A stretch of 64,000 nt of DNA from Deltaproteobacteria bacterium. GTDB lineage: Bacteria; Desulfobacterota; Binatia; Binatales; Binataceae. Made by a program: the position numbers and the translations under genes. The notes under the pieces are model-generated. The model worked only from the letters and a program-made list of their open reading frames with translations, was not told the DNA's origin and ran no database searches. Of the stretch, positions 36,398 to 47,530 are shown in pieces. Every line of letters begins with the position of its first letter. Position 1 is the stretch's first letter. The stretch lies in contig PLDK01000003.1 in assembly GCA_003135135.1 (NCBI GenBank), positions 1,492 to 65,491 on the forward strand, read 5' to 3'.

Positions 36398-37372
36398 GTG
36401 CCTCGCGTTTCGGTAATCATTCCCGCGTACAACGCGGCCTCGACTATCGCCGGCACCTTGGACAGCGTAATCGGGCAGACCTTCCAGGATTTTGAAATCA
36501 TTTGCGTTGACGACGGCTCGACCGATCGAACCCGCGCAATCGTTGAACAGTACGCCCGGGACTGCGGCGACCGCCTGAGGCTTATCGAGCAGGCCAACAG
36601 CGGACCGGCGGCGGGGCGCAACAATGGCGCGCGGCATGCGACGGGCGAGTATCTCGCTTTTCTTGATGCCGACGACGTCTGGACGGCGCCGATGCTCGAG
36701 CGGACGGTGGCGGTTCTGGACGCCGCCCCCCTGCTCTCGCTGGTGTATTGCAACGCGGCGCTCGCCGACAGCGAAGGCGTGGCGCTGGATACGTCGCTGG
36801 TCGGCAAAGGCTTCGACCATCCGCCGTCGCTGCATGAACTGCTGACGCGGCTGTGGCCGATAATGCCGAGCGCGGCGCTGGTGCGGCGCTGCGCGTACGA
36901 AAAATGCGGCGGCTATCGCGACGAATTGCGCGGCGCGAGCTTCCGCTTCGAGGACGTAGATTTCTGGATCAAGATGCGCGAGCAGGGGCCGTTCGGCTAT
37001 ATCGCCGAGCCGCTGGTGATATGGCGGTTCGCATGGTTTCCGAAGCAGCTCAAGCGGTTGCCTGACTATTCGAAAGCGTTGCACGTTTTCGAGGCGTATC
37101 TGCAGGAGCGTTACGGGGTTTCCGCGGCGCCGCTGGTAAAGGCACGGACGCGGGCTCCACGGAGTATCCTGGCGACGATAGGATTGAAGGCGCTTCGCGA
37201 CGGCGATCGCCCCAGGGCGCGGGCGGCGTTCGCGCGCGCGATCAGGGTGGATCCCTACCGGCTGAAGAACTACCTGCGCTGGATGAGGACGTTTCTGCCG
37301 GATCGGCTGGCGCAGAATCTATCGGGTAAAAGTTCTCGGCGTGCTCGATCTGGCGGCGCGTATCAGGAATAA
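36398..37372 (+). CDS. Family 2 glycosyltransferase
   Basis: VSVIIPAYN...DDGSTD...LDADD (DxD) GT2 motifs. Confidence 0.8.
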   Translation: MPRVSVIIPAYNAASTIAGTLDSVIGQTFQDFEIICVDDGSTDRTRAIVEQYARDCGDRLRLIEQANSGPAAGRNNGARHATGEYLAFLDADDVWTAPMLERTVAVLDAAPLLSLVYCNAALADSEGVALDTSLVGKGFDHPPSLHELLTRLWPIMPSAALVRRCAYEKCGGYRDELRGASFRFEDVDFWIKMREQGPFGYIAEPLVIWRFAWFPKQLKRLPDYSKALHVFEAYLQERYGVSAAPLVKARTRAPRSILATIGLKALRDGDRPRARAAFARAIRVDPYRLKNYLRWMRTFLPDRLAQNLSGKSSRRARSGGAYQE

Positions 37373-38665
<1,293 letters not shown>

Positions 38666-38750
38666 GGAAGCTGCGCTCGATCCGCAAGTAACTTTTCAGG
38701 TGGCGCGGATCGCGCGATAGTCACTACCTTCGAAGATCGAACCGCACAGG

Positions 38751-39716
38751 CTATCGACTGTCACGGGAACGATCGAGTGCGCGAATAATGCTCATCGGGA
38801 GTAGCGTTCGCGCGATCCTCAAATATGTCTTGAACGCCGTGCGATCATAAGAGAGCGAGCGAATCAGGCATTTGCGCGCGGCGGCTCGATTACCCTTGCT
38901 GAGTTCAGCAAGGCCAGTATTTCTGAGGATACGGACTTTGTGTTGGGTGTAACTCTGAAGAACTCCAGACGCGCGATCTCCATATCGAGATCGAATCGAG
39001 CGCACGAAGAGCTCGCCGCGGCTGTCTCGCCTGAGCACTTTGGGATATAGCGGGCCCATCGTGAACCGCGTCAGCTTTTCGGGCAAATAGCTGAACTCGC
39101 CTTGTTCGCGAATACGAATCCAGAAGTCCAGGTCCTCGCTGAATCCTTCGGCAAAACGGCCGCATTTTTCATAGGCCGCGCGACGCATCACGACCGTGCT
39201 TGGCATGATCGGCCACAAACGGCTGAGCATCTCGTCGAGGGTGGGAGGATGCGCTGTTTGCGCATCGACGGGCGAAGTACCGAGGTCCCGGCCAGCGGTG
39301 TCGCAATTGGAAACATCCGTATAGACCAGTGCGACTTGCGGGGACTTGTCGAGAATCGCGATCGACTTTTCGAGTTTGGTTGGCAGCCAGAAATCATCTG
39401 CGTCCAACAACGCGAGATACTCGGCTTTCGACTTTGCGATTCCGGCGTTGCGGGCGGCGCAAAATCCCTGGTTGGGCTGCCGAATGATCACGATCCTGGA
39501 ACCAAACCGTTCAAGTATGGAAGCCGTTGCGTCGGTCGAGCCGTCATCGACGACGACGACCTCGTAGTCGGTGACGGTTTGATCGAAGATGCTCTGGAGC
39601 ACAAGGCTAATCGTGGCGGCCCCGTTATAAACCGGGATTATTACCGAGACGCGCGGGGCGCGTCCGCCGGATGTTGACGCGGCAGATGTCATCCGCGCCG
39701 GCTCAGGCCTCGCCAT
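38751..39716 (-). CDS. Family 2 glycosyltransferase
   Basis: VSVIIPVYNGA...DDGSTD...LDADD motifs. Confidence 0.8.
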   Translation of the reverse strand: MARPEPARMTSAASTSGGRAPRVSVIIPVYNGAATISLVLQSIFDQTVTDYEVVVVDDGSTDATASILERFGSRIVIIRQPNQGFCAARNAGIAKSKAEYLALLDADDFWLPTKLEKSIAILDKSPQVALVYTDVSNCDTAGRDLGTSPVDAQTAHPPTLDEMLSRLWPIMPSTVVMRRAAYEKCGRFAEGFSEDLDFWIRIREQGEFSYLPEKLTRFTMGPLYPKVLRRDSRGELFVRSIRSRYGDRASGVLQSYTQHKVRILRNTGLAELSKGNRAAARKCLIRSLSYDRTAFKTYLRIARTLLPMSIIRALDRSRDSR

Positions 39717-40623
39717 CGCCCGTGCGCGAGGTCGCCAGCGGCGAGCGGGCCGGAAGGAAAGTCTTCAAGTATCGACGGTAGGCCTTCGGTGACGCGGGTT
39801 GATAGTGGATGACGCGGGCGAGACAACGGCGCGCATCCTTGGGGCGTCCCTCCTCCATCAGAGTGCGGGCCATATGTCTCATGACCTTCATTCGCATGCG
39901 CCGGAATTCCCGGATGAGACCGGTGGCCGAGGCGCCATAGCGCGCGCGGACCAGCCGAACGAACAGTTCGCACACTTGCTCGCGTTCCAGCGCCTTGGGA
40001 TAGAGCGGGCGCGTGGTCTTGCGCACCAGCAATTCGGGGACGGATCGGAAATGCCCGTATTCGCGGGCATTGAGCAGGAAATAGAGATCCTCGCATGACG
40101 TTACGCAGCGCTCGTCAAATCCATCGCATCGGTCGAAGACCTCGCGGCGCACCATGAACTGACTCGGCACGACATTCCACGGGCGCTCGAGCATCTGCGC
40201 GAGCGTCGGAGAATCGACGCCTTGGGTCTGGCTGTCCTGGTTGGGCATCGGCCGGCCGGCCAGATCCACCTTGAGCGCTCCCGTGTACACCAGCACGCAA
40301 TTCGGATCTTGATCAAGGACGGCTGCGGATCGCGCGAGGTTTTGGGGCATCCATTCGTCGTCATCGTCGAGGAACGCGACATACTCGCCGCCCGATGCGC
40401 GTACGCCTGCGTTGCGCGCCCCGGAAAGACCGCGATTGGGCTGGCTGACAACGCGAATTCGATCGCCGTAACCGGCCAGCACCGACGCGGTATCGTCGGT
40501 CGAGCCATCGTCGAGGACCACGACTTCATAGTCGGAGTACGACTGCGCGAACACGCTCGCGAGCGCGCGGCTGATCGTGGCTGCGCCGTTATATACCGGA
40601 ATTACTACCGACACCTTTGCCAT
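39703..40623 (-). CDS. Family 2 glycosyltransferase (paralogue of 38751-39716)
   Basis: VSVVIPVYNGA...DDGSTDD...LDDDD motifs. It overlaps the downstream GT2 by 14 nt. Confidence 0.8.
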   Translation of the reverse strand: MAKVSVVIPVYNGAATISRALASVFAQSYSDYEVVVLDDGSTDDTASVLAGYGDRIRVVSQPNRGLSGARNAGVRASGGEYVAFLDDDDEWMPQNLARSAAVLDQDPNCVLVYTGALKVDLAGRPMPNQDSQTQGVDSPTLAQMLERPWNVVPSQFMVRREVFDRCDGFDERCVTSCEDLYFLLNAREYGHFRSVPELLVRKTTRPLYPKALEREQVCELFVRLVRARYGASATGLIREFRRMRMKVMRHMARTLMEEGRPKDARRCLARVIHYQPASPKAYRRYLKTFLPARSPLATSRTGDGEA

Positions 40624-40632
40624 TGCGGGTCG

Positions 40633-41571
40633 CTATTTCCCTTGAATGGCGTCAGCGCGAGGAGCTGCGGGACTGCAATCAGCCTGAGGTCTCTTCCACA
40701 TGGAAAGGTCTCGCCCGATCATCGGCTCCAGCGCATCGAATTCCGGCCGCATTAAATCGTGAAGGCGCGCTTCAGTCTCCTGATCAAGAGATGAGAACTT
40801 CGGCCCGCCGCCGAATGAGAATTTCCAAAGTCCCACTCGTTCAAGGAAATTGAGCATGCCGTAAAGTTGTTTCTCTTCGAGCCAGTACATGAAATGGCGC
40901 GCCTTGCGGGCGACGTGCGGAAACCTTGGCAGATCGGTAATTGAATTGATCAACTGGCCCTGGGCTGCCAATGCCGGCACGGGGTACCGCGCGATACCGA
41001 TAAAATCGCAAACCCGGTCGAGGTAGGCCTGCGGATCGGCGCGCAGGTCGTCGTTGAGCAGGACCAGCACCCGGTCCTGGCCAAACCGCGCGCGCCAATC
41101 GGGCAGATGCCTGGCATAGCGGGTCACTTCGATCACCTGCGGAACTTTTATGAGGAACTCATCGAGCGGAAAATTCGTAAGCGTGTAGTGACGCCAGAGT
41201 TTATAAGCCGAGTAGATTCGCTCGACCGGATTGCGAAACGTGCAGATGATTTTGCATCGCGGGATATGCAGCGCGATGCGCTCGGCGGCCTCAGGGAATC
41301 CGAAGTATGGATTGACCTCGCCAATCGGGCGGCTGCCGTCGGCATCGCGAAAGTGATGCGCGTACCACTGGATTCCCTTGTGGTAGTTGGTGGTGAAGAA
41401 ATCGGTCTCCTTGATTCCAGCCGGCAGATCGACACCGCCCTTGAGGACTTCATGAAGCCACGTTGTGCCGGTCCGGCCCGGTCCGACCGCAACGAAATCG
41501 GGCAGTCTCAGTTGACGTCCGCTATTTAACGATTGAGTCACGAAGATCGTCACGGCTGATCGCGCGCGCAC
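40633..41571 (-). CDS. Sulfotransferase-family protein (PAPS-dependent)
   Basis: 5'-PSB motif GPGRTGTTWL and 3'-PB motif RNPVERIYSAY. Confidence 0.8.
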   Translation of the reverse strand: MRARSAVTIFVTQSLNSGRQLRLPDFVAVGPGRTGTTWLHEVLKGGVDLPAGIKETDFFTTNYHKGIQWYAHHFRDADGSRPIGEVNPYFGFPEAAERIALHIPRCKIICTFRNPVERIYSAYKLWRHYTLTNFPLDEFLIKVPQVIEVTRYARHLPDWRARFGQDRVLVLLNDDLRADPQAYLDRVCDFIGIARYPVPALAAQGQLINSITDLPRFPHVARKARHFMYWLEEKQLYGMLNFLERVGLWKFSFGGGPKFSSLDQETEARLHDLMRPEFDALEPMIGRDLSMWKRPQADCSPAAPRADAIQGK

Positions 41572-42460
41572 CAGATATAGCTGCCTTTCGCTTATCGTGG
41601 CCAGCTTGTGGTGCGCGCGGTTTCTTCCACGCAGAGAGATCGATCGTAAGCAATTCCTCGAGCTCCTCGACTTCGGGGAGGTAGCGCTGACGCAGGCGCT
41701 CCTCCTGCTCGGGCGTCAGCCAGCCGAACGGCTCGCCGCGGCCGTGGCAGAAATCCCATACGCCCCAGCGGTCCAGAAGATTTATCGCGCCGTATGCCTG
41801 GCGGACCTTGAACCAGTACATCAAGCGCGTCGCGCTGCGTGCGAGCCTGCGATTTTTTGGCGCGCGATCGAACGAGTGCACATCGTCACGGATTTCGGGC
41901 CGCGCGGAAAGTGCAATCCGCTCGATGCCCATGAAATCGGTCACCCGATCCAGATACGACTGCGGCTGCGTGCGCAATTCATCATACATCGTGATGAGCA
42001 CGTTCTGGCGGCCGAAGTTTTCGAACCATTTGCGCAGATGGAATGCGTAGCGGTTGCCGCCGCCTAAACTGGGCCGGGATTTCAGGACCTCGTCGAACGA
42101 CCCGCGTGCCCAGGCGTAGTGCGCAACCAGTTTATAGACCGAAAACGAATGCTCGACGGGATCGCGCAGCGTGATGATTACCCGGCAGTTCGGAATGTAC
42201 GTCTTGATACGGTCGGGGGCGCGTGGTTCGAACAGGTATGGACAGATCTCGACGATCGGCCGCTGGCCGGTTGCGTAGCGAAAATGGCGCGCGTACCAGT
42301 CGATGCCCTTGTCGTAGTACGTGCTGAAAAACTGGGTCTCCTTGACGCCGTAAGGCAGATCGACGTGGCCTTCGAGCACGCGATGCAACCAGGTAGTGCC
42401 GGTGCGACCGGGACCGGCGCCGATGATCTCAGGGAGCCGATGTTTGATGGTTGCGCTCAT
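41522..42460 (-). CDS. Sulfotransferase-family protein (paralogue)
   Basis: GPGRTGTTWL and RDPVEHSFSVY. The start at MSATIK forms an ATGA overlap with the upstream sulfotransferase stop; the ORF extends to 42532. Confidence 0.8.
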   Translation of the reverse strand: MSATIKHRLPEIIGAGPGRTGTTWLHRVLEGHVDLPYGVKETQFFSTYYDKGIDWYARHFRYATGQRPIVEICPYLFEPRAPDRIKTYIPNCRVIITLRDPVEHSFSVYKLVAHYAWARGSFDEVLKSRPSLGGGNRYAFHLRKWFENFGRQNVLITMYDELRTQPQSYLDRVTDFMGIERIALSARPEIRDDVHSFDRAPKNRRLARSATRLMYWFKVRQAYGAINLLDRWGVWDFCHGRGEPFGWLTPEQEERLRQRYLPEVEELEELLTIDLSAWKKPRAPQAGHDKRKAAISGARAISRDDLRDSIVK

Positions 42461-43410
42461 CCGTTGGCTAGTCGCTGCAGCCGGGGCGCCGGGGAAGTAT
42501 CGATAGTGCGCGGCGAGCGCGATTTCTTCCACGCGGAGAGATCGATCATCAGCAATTCCTCGAGCGCTTCGACCTCGGGCAGAAAGCGCGCGCGCAAGCG
42601 CTCATCCTGCTCGGGAGTAAGGCCCGGAAATAGCTCGCCGCGCCCGTGGCAGAACTCCCACACGCCCGCGCGCTCGAGCAGGTTGATAAGGCGATATGCC
42701 TGATGGCCCCTGAGCCAGTACATGAACCTGGTCGCTTTGCGCGCGAGTTTGCGGTTCTTGGGCGCACGAGCAAAAGCATTCACATCGCCACTGAGATCGG
42801 GGCGCGGCGAGAGCACGACTCGCTCGGCGCTCATAAAGTCGCAAACCCGATTCACATAGCTCTGCGGATCCGCGCGCAATTCATCATATATCGTGACCAG
42901 GACGTTCTCGCGGCCGAAGTTCTCGAACCATGTCTCGAGACGCGCCGCGTAGCGGTTGGCGCCACCCAGATGCGGCAACGCTTTGAGGGCCTCGTCGAAG
43001 GTTCCGCGACGCACCCATCCGTAATGACGCTGAAGCTTGTACGCAGAATAGATTCGATCGACCGGATCGCGCATCGTCGCGACGATCCTGCAGTTCGGGA
43101 TGTGGGTCTTGATGCGTTCGGGCGCCAGCGGATGGAAAAAATACGGGCAGATTTCGGCGATCGTGCGATCGCCGGTCGCGTAGCGAAAATGGCGCGCGTA
43201 CCAGTCGATACCCTTGTCGTAAAACGTGTTGAAGAACTGGGTTTCCTTGACGCCGCAGGGCATGTCGACCGCATCGCGCAGCGCGTTGTAAAGCCAGGTC
43301 GAACCGGTGCGCGGCGGCCCGATTACGATAACGTCGGGGAGCCTCGAGGGGCGCGCTCTTCGCATTGCGGGCGATACAGAGTTCAAAGATTGTGGCTTAG
43401 CGATGATCAT
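42457..43410 (-). CDS. Sulfotransferase-family protein (paralogue)
   Basis: GPPRTGSTWL and RDPVDRIYSAY. Confidence 0.8.
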   Translation of the reverse strand: MIIAKPQSLNSVSPAMRRARPSRLPDVIVIGPPRTGSTWLYNALRDAVDMPCGVKETQFFNTFYDKGIDWYARHFRYATGDRTIAEICPYFFHPLAPERIKTHIPNCRIVATMRDPVDRIYSAYKLQRHYGWVRRGTFDEALKALPHLGGANRYAARLETWFENFGRENVLVTIYDELRADPQSYVNRVCDFMSAERVVLSPRPDLSGDVNAFARAPKNRKLARKATRFMYWLRGHQAYRLINLLERAGVWEFCHGRGELFPGLTPEQDERLRARFLPEVEALEELLMIDLSAWKKSRSPRTIDTSPAPRLQRLANG

Positions 43411-43738
43411 TCCGGACGTGCCCCCAGCACCGGCATCGCGACGATGACGGTCAACGATAACATCACCAATATTTCATATCAATGAGGCTGCAGCCGCCAG
43501 CGCAGGTCGGCGCGTGGGGATCGCCGCGCAGGATGCGCTCGGACAGCGGTGTTGCGATGCTGACAGGTGGCTGAGCGACAGTTTCGACCCGCCCTCAAAT
43601 CGGTAATAATTGACCTCCACGAACCAGACTGATACTTCGAATGGATCTGGAAAATGCGAGGAGATGCGCCGGCGGCGGCCCTGATGCGGGCCCGCGGAAC
43701 TCCCGGCGCGACGGTTTCAAACGGATGAAGAAATATAG

Positions 43739-44623
43739 ATGAGTACGCAGGCCGAAAGTTCAAAGTTTTACGAACCGATCGTACCGTCGGACCAGATTCA
43801 GTATCGCGAATACAAGCTGCTGCTGAAGCCGGAGCGGTTTCCCGACGAGAAAGCGTTTCACAAGTTCTGGAAGTTAGCGCATCACGCAGCCAAATCACTC
43901 GGTATCAAGCTGGGCAAGATCGACCAATCGGTCAAGCCGCATCAGCGCGAAGTGGTGTTCTACGACACGCCGCACTTCAAGCTCTACAATCACGGCTTCA
44001 TCCTGAGAAAACGCACCTTCTTTCATCATGGAGTGCCCGACGCGAAGCACGAGCTGGTGATCAAATTTAGGCATCCGGAAAAGAAGACGGCGCTGGCGGT
44101 AGATCCGCGTCCACTGCTGCCGTGCGAGTACACGCTGAAGTTCAAGGAGGAAATCCTCCTGCCGAAAGATGGCGCGCTGGGGATGCGGCTGGTGTATTCG
44201 CACAACTGCGAGCTCGACACACCCAACATCATATTGACGCAGCGATTCGAAACGACCGCGGAAGCATTTCCGGCGCTCAAGAAAATCGACGCGAACCCGA
44301 AGGCGGCGCTGAGCGTAGTCAACGGCGTATCGATCCAGGAATACCAGGTAGATCTCGGGATGCTGGACTTCGGGCACAAGCTCGAGGCGAAGGCGACGCT
44401 GGCGGTATGGCGGGTGCGCACGACCAATACGCCAATCGTGGCGGAGTTCGGCTACCAATTGAACTTCGATAGTCCCGAAGCGGTGCGGCGCAAGCAGCGC
44501 GAGCTTTCGGAATTCTTCTACACGGCCCTGCAGTCGCGGGCCTCAGACTGGGTGCAGCGTGGAACAACCAAAACCGCCCTCATCTACGGATACGGAAACA
44601 CCAGTCTCAAGCACCAGGAATGA
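43739..44623 (+). CDS. Hypothetical protein (294 aa), no recognised family
   Basis: Clean ORF in the coding frame, with a stop overlapping the downstream ATG. Confidence 0.45.
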   Translation: MSTQAESSKFYEPIVPSDQIQYREYKLLLKPERFPDEKAFHKFWKLAHHAAKSLGIKLGKIDQSVKPHQREVVFYDTPHFKLYNHGFILRKRTFFHHGVPDAKHELVIKFRHPEKKTALAVDPRPLLPCEYTLKFKEEILLPKDGALGMRLVYSHNCELDTPNIILTQRFETTAEAFPALKKIDANPKAALSVVNGVSIQEYQVDLGMLDFGHKLEAKATLAVWRVRTTNTPIVAEFGYQLNFDSPEAVRRKQRELSEFFYTALQSRASDWVQRGTTKTALIYGYGNTSLKHQE

Positions 44624-45230
44624 ACCCGATCTTCATCCGAGCCTGCTGACGCTGTTCCGAATCTTCCTGCTCGCAGGCGGGCTCAGCTTCGGCGGCGGCG
44701 CGGTTGCCTATCTGCGCGAATACCTGGTGCGGCAAGAAGGATGGCTCGACGACGAGGGATTTCTCGGCGCGATGGAGATCAGCGAGACGCTGCCGGGGCT
44801 CAACGCCGTCAACATGGCGATCATCATGGGCGACAATCTGCGCGGGTTGGCCGGCGCGGCGGTGTCGGTCATCGGGATGCTGCTGCCGGGGGGAATCGTC
44901 GTGATGGTGCTGGGGATACTGTATCAATCGAATCACAGTAATCCCGACGTCAAGCGTTTCCTGCTCGGGATCGCTGCCGCAGCGGTTGGCTTGCTGTCGG
45001 CGGTGACGTTGCAGATCGGGCGGCGCCAATTCCGCCAGCTTCCGGATATCGCGATCATCATCCTGACGTTTCTGGCGGTCAGCTTCGTTAAATTGCCGCT
45101 GTTCGTGGTGCTGCTGGGTCTCGGGCCGATATCGGTCTGGCTCTACCGGCCCAAGGTCTCAAAACCGCGCGCGCAGGATGAGCATTTGCCATTTCATCGC
45201 GGCCCGCGCCATCACCTGTTTCGTCATTAA
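44559..45230 (+). CDS. chrA: Chromate transporter ChrA, short-chain (N-terminal-type half)
   Basis: CHR family motifs (LFRIFLLAGGLSFGGG, ...GLNAVN...). The start is uncertain: this ORF overlaps the upstream gene by 65 nt, so the true start may be an internal TTG/CTG. Confidence 0.7.
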   Translation: MEQPKPPSSTDTETPVSSTRNEPDLHPSLLTLFRIFLLAGGLSFGGGAVAYLREYLVRQEGWLDDEGFLGAMEISETLPGLNAVNMAIIMGDNLRGLAGAAVSVIGMLLPGGIVVMVLGILYQSNHSNPDVKRFLLGIAAAAVGLLSAVTLQIGRRQFRQLPDIAIIILTFLAVSFVKLPLFVVLLGLGPISVWLYRPKVSKPRAQDEHLPFHRGPRHHLFRH

Positions 45231-45250
45231 CTATTGAGATCGAACCCCGC

Positions 45251-45769
45251 ATGACGCGATTGATACATCTGTTCCTGGTTTTCGCGCTGCTGTCGGTGTT
45301 GGCGGTCGGCGGCGGCACGGCGGTCCTGCCCGAGATGCAGCACATGACGGTGCATACGTTTCACTGGCTGACCGACGCGCAGTTCCGCAACATCTACAGC
45401 CTCGGCCAGGTTGCGCCGGGACCAAACATGTTGATGGTGCTGGTGATTGGCTATCAGCTGGCGGGATGGGCCGGGATGGTGGTGGTGGGAATCGGATTTT
45501 TCCTGCCCGACTGCGTGATTACATTGTTCGTCAATCGATGGTGGGTGCATCTGGGCGGGTGGCCGTGGCGTACGTCGATTCAGCGCGGGCTGGCGCCGGT
45601 CGCAATCGGCCTGATGACGTCGGGGACGTTTGCGATTGCGAGGCTTTCGATCGTGAACGTGCCGACGCTGGCGATCGCAATTGCGGTGTTCGGGATTTTG
45701 CTGTGGCGCCACGTCAATCCGGGCATACTGGTGCTGGTGGGAGGCGCGGTTTACATGTTGTTGAGATAG
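45251..45769 (+). CDS. chrA: Chromate transporter ChrA, short-chain (second half-size paralogue)
   Basis: CHR motifs LLSVLAVGGGTAVLPEM ... GQVAPGPNML. Confidence 0.75.
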   Translation: MTRLIHLFLVFALLSVLAVGGGTAVLPEMQHMTVHTFHWLTDAQFRNIYSLGQVAPGPNMLMVLVIGYQLAGWAGMVVVGIGFFLPDCVITLFVNRWWVHLGGWPWRTSIQRGLAPVAIGLMTSGTFAIARLSIVNVPTLAIAIAVFGILLWRHVNPGILVLVGGAVYMLLR

Positions 45770-45808
45770 GCCGCGGGAATCGACGTCCGCGCGTGAGAGA
45801 AAAGAAAA

Positions 45809-45838
45809 CGCCGGCAGGAGTGGATGCTCCTGCCGGCG
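45809..45838 (-). terminator. Rho-independent terminator hairpin (cgccggcaggag-tggatg-ctcctgccggcg) followed by a T-rich tract on the minus strand
   Basis: Perfect 12-bp stem. An A-tract on the plus side gives a U-tract for the minus-strand DUF1329 gene; it may also terminate chrA. Confidence 0.65.
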
Positions 45839-45882
45839 TCGTACGATCAGAATCGTAAGGCGATTGGCCTCGCGGCCGCTTG

Positions 45883-47196
45883 CTACATGTGTCCGGTTTC
45901 GGCCATCTTCACCATCCCCTCGGTGCTGAAGAACGCTCGATCCACCGCACCCATGTTGATGTACCAGCATTCACGCTCGGGCGTCTCGATGCCGGGCAGG
46001 TAGCACATCGATGCCTGGCCGCTTTGCACATCGGTGGAGCAGGATCCGACGACGAATTCGCGCTTGAAGGGATAGATGGCGACTTTCGCGTCGGGCACCG
46101 GACGATCGCGATACGCGAGCCAGAAGATGTTGTTGCGGAACAGCGCGCCGTGACGATCGTAGGTATCGATGTACGGCTCGAACCACATTTCGGAATCCAT
46201 GTAGATGACGGTCTTGGAATCGAGCGCCGAAGCGTTGTTAACGCCGCGCCGGGGCTCGGCAGTCACGATGTACATGTGGCGCATCTGCCAACGCTCGGGG
46301 CACGCGCTGCCGCCGCCGTCGGTGGCGCATCGGATTTCCGGTGAATGCTCGGCGTCAACCGTCGCGAGCATCTCCTTCTCGCCAATGAACTTATAGTCAT
46401 ACTCTTCGGTCTTGGGATTGAAACCCGAATAGTGATCGGGGCTGAAGGTCTGCGCGTCGGTCGCGGTCGAATTCATCGCCTCGTTCAGACGGCGCAGCCG
46501 CCGCGTGCCGGGCTCCCAAGCCCAGGTGTCGTCGCCATGAGTCGGACTGCCGTACCGATAACGCAGCAGACTGCTGCCACGCTGGTTCTGGGGCGCCAGT
46601 TCGGGACCGAGCAGGAACAACCACAGGCGGTTGGTAGTCTTGAAGTCGGGATCGACGGGAATCGGCTCGACCTCGGTTCGGCCGACGAGGTCATAACCGG
46701 CGTAGTGCCCCTCCTGCAGGTATTCGACTGGAAAGTAGGGCTTCTTGTAGCCGGTGTAGACCGTCTCGCAATCGAAATATCGCAGATCGTAGTCGTCAGT
46801 GCTGATCGGACGCCACAAGGCGTTCCAGACGACCTTGCTCGCGACGTAGGGATCGTTGGCGTCGATGAGCGGGAACGGCTGGCCAGCGACATAGCCGATG
46901 ACGCTGCGATGATCCTTCGAGAGTTGTACCTGCGACGAATATTTCTCGGTCGCGTCCTTGTACGGAGGCGGCCAATCGATGCGCGCGGTGGGGACTATCT
47001 TCATCGTCATCCCGCGCTGCACCTTGTAAAATACGCCCGGCGAAACAAGATCCTTCACCTGCGACGCGTTGTCCGGAGTGATGAAGTCGCCCGGCTTGAC
47101 GCCTGCCTCCCCTGGCAAGCTCAAGACCACGAGGGCCAACAATCCAAGGCCCCCGGCGACGACTATTCTGCGAAACCTCGCTATCCCCAATTGCAT
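45883..47196 (-). CDS. Secreted DUF1329-like protein (putative LolA-like fold), copy A
   Basis: Signal peptide MQLGIARFRRIVVAGGLGLLALVVLSLPGEA. About 438 aa. I recall similarity to DUF1329 proteins. GGAGG RBS at the 47196 start. Confidence 0.55.
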   Translation of the reverse strand: MQLGIARFRRIVVAGGLGLLALVVLSLPGEAGVKPGDFITPDNASQVKDLVSPGVFYKVQRGMTMKIVPTARIDWPPPYKDATEKYSSQVQLSKDHRSVIGYVAGQPFPLIDANDPYVASKVVWNALWRPISTDDYDLRYFDCETVYTGYKKPYFPVEYLQEGHYAGYDLVGRTEVEPIPVDPDFKTTNRLWLFLLGPELAPQNQRGSSLLRYRYGSPTHGDDTWAWEPGTRRLRRLNEAMNSTATDAQTFSPDHYSGFNPKTEEYDYKFIGEKEMLATVDAEHSPEIRCATDGGGSACPERWQMRHMYIVTAEPRRGVNNASALDSKTVIYMDSEMWFEPYIDTYDRHGALFRNNIFWLAYRDRPVPDAKVAIYPFKREFVVGSCSTDVQSGQASMCYLPGIETPERECWYINMGAVDRAFFSTEGMVKMAETGHM

Positions 47197-47456
47197 TCGA
47201 ACCTCCGTAAAAGCCTTAAGCTGTTTCCCCTGGTTGGAAAAAATACCCGCAAGCACGAGTTTTTCACGAACCTGTATTAGAATGGAAGCACGCCGATGTC
47301 AATCTTTCTATTGCGTATCGAATAAAATTTACCTGTTGCGTTCCGAGAGGCACGGTTTGACGCGAGGCGAAATCGCCTATTTGCCGGCAATCCACTCGAC
47401 AGTTTAGATGAAGATTGGCTGCGGGAATCGACGTCCGCGCGTGAGTGAAAAGAAAA

Positions 47457-47486
47457 CGCCGGCAGGAGTGGATGCTCCTGCCGGCG
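47457..47486 (-). terminator. Second copy of the same rho-independent terminator hairpin
   Basis: Identical stem-loop, part of the tandemly duplicated unit. Confidence 0.65.
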
Positions 47487-47530
47487 TCGTACGATCAGAA
47501 TCGTAAGGCGATTCGCCTCGCGGCCGCTTG

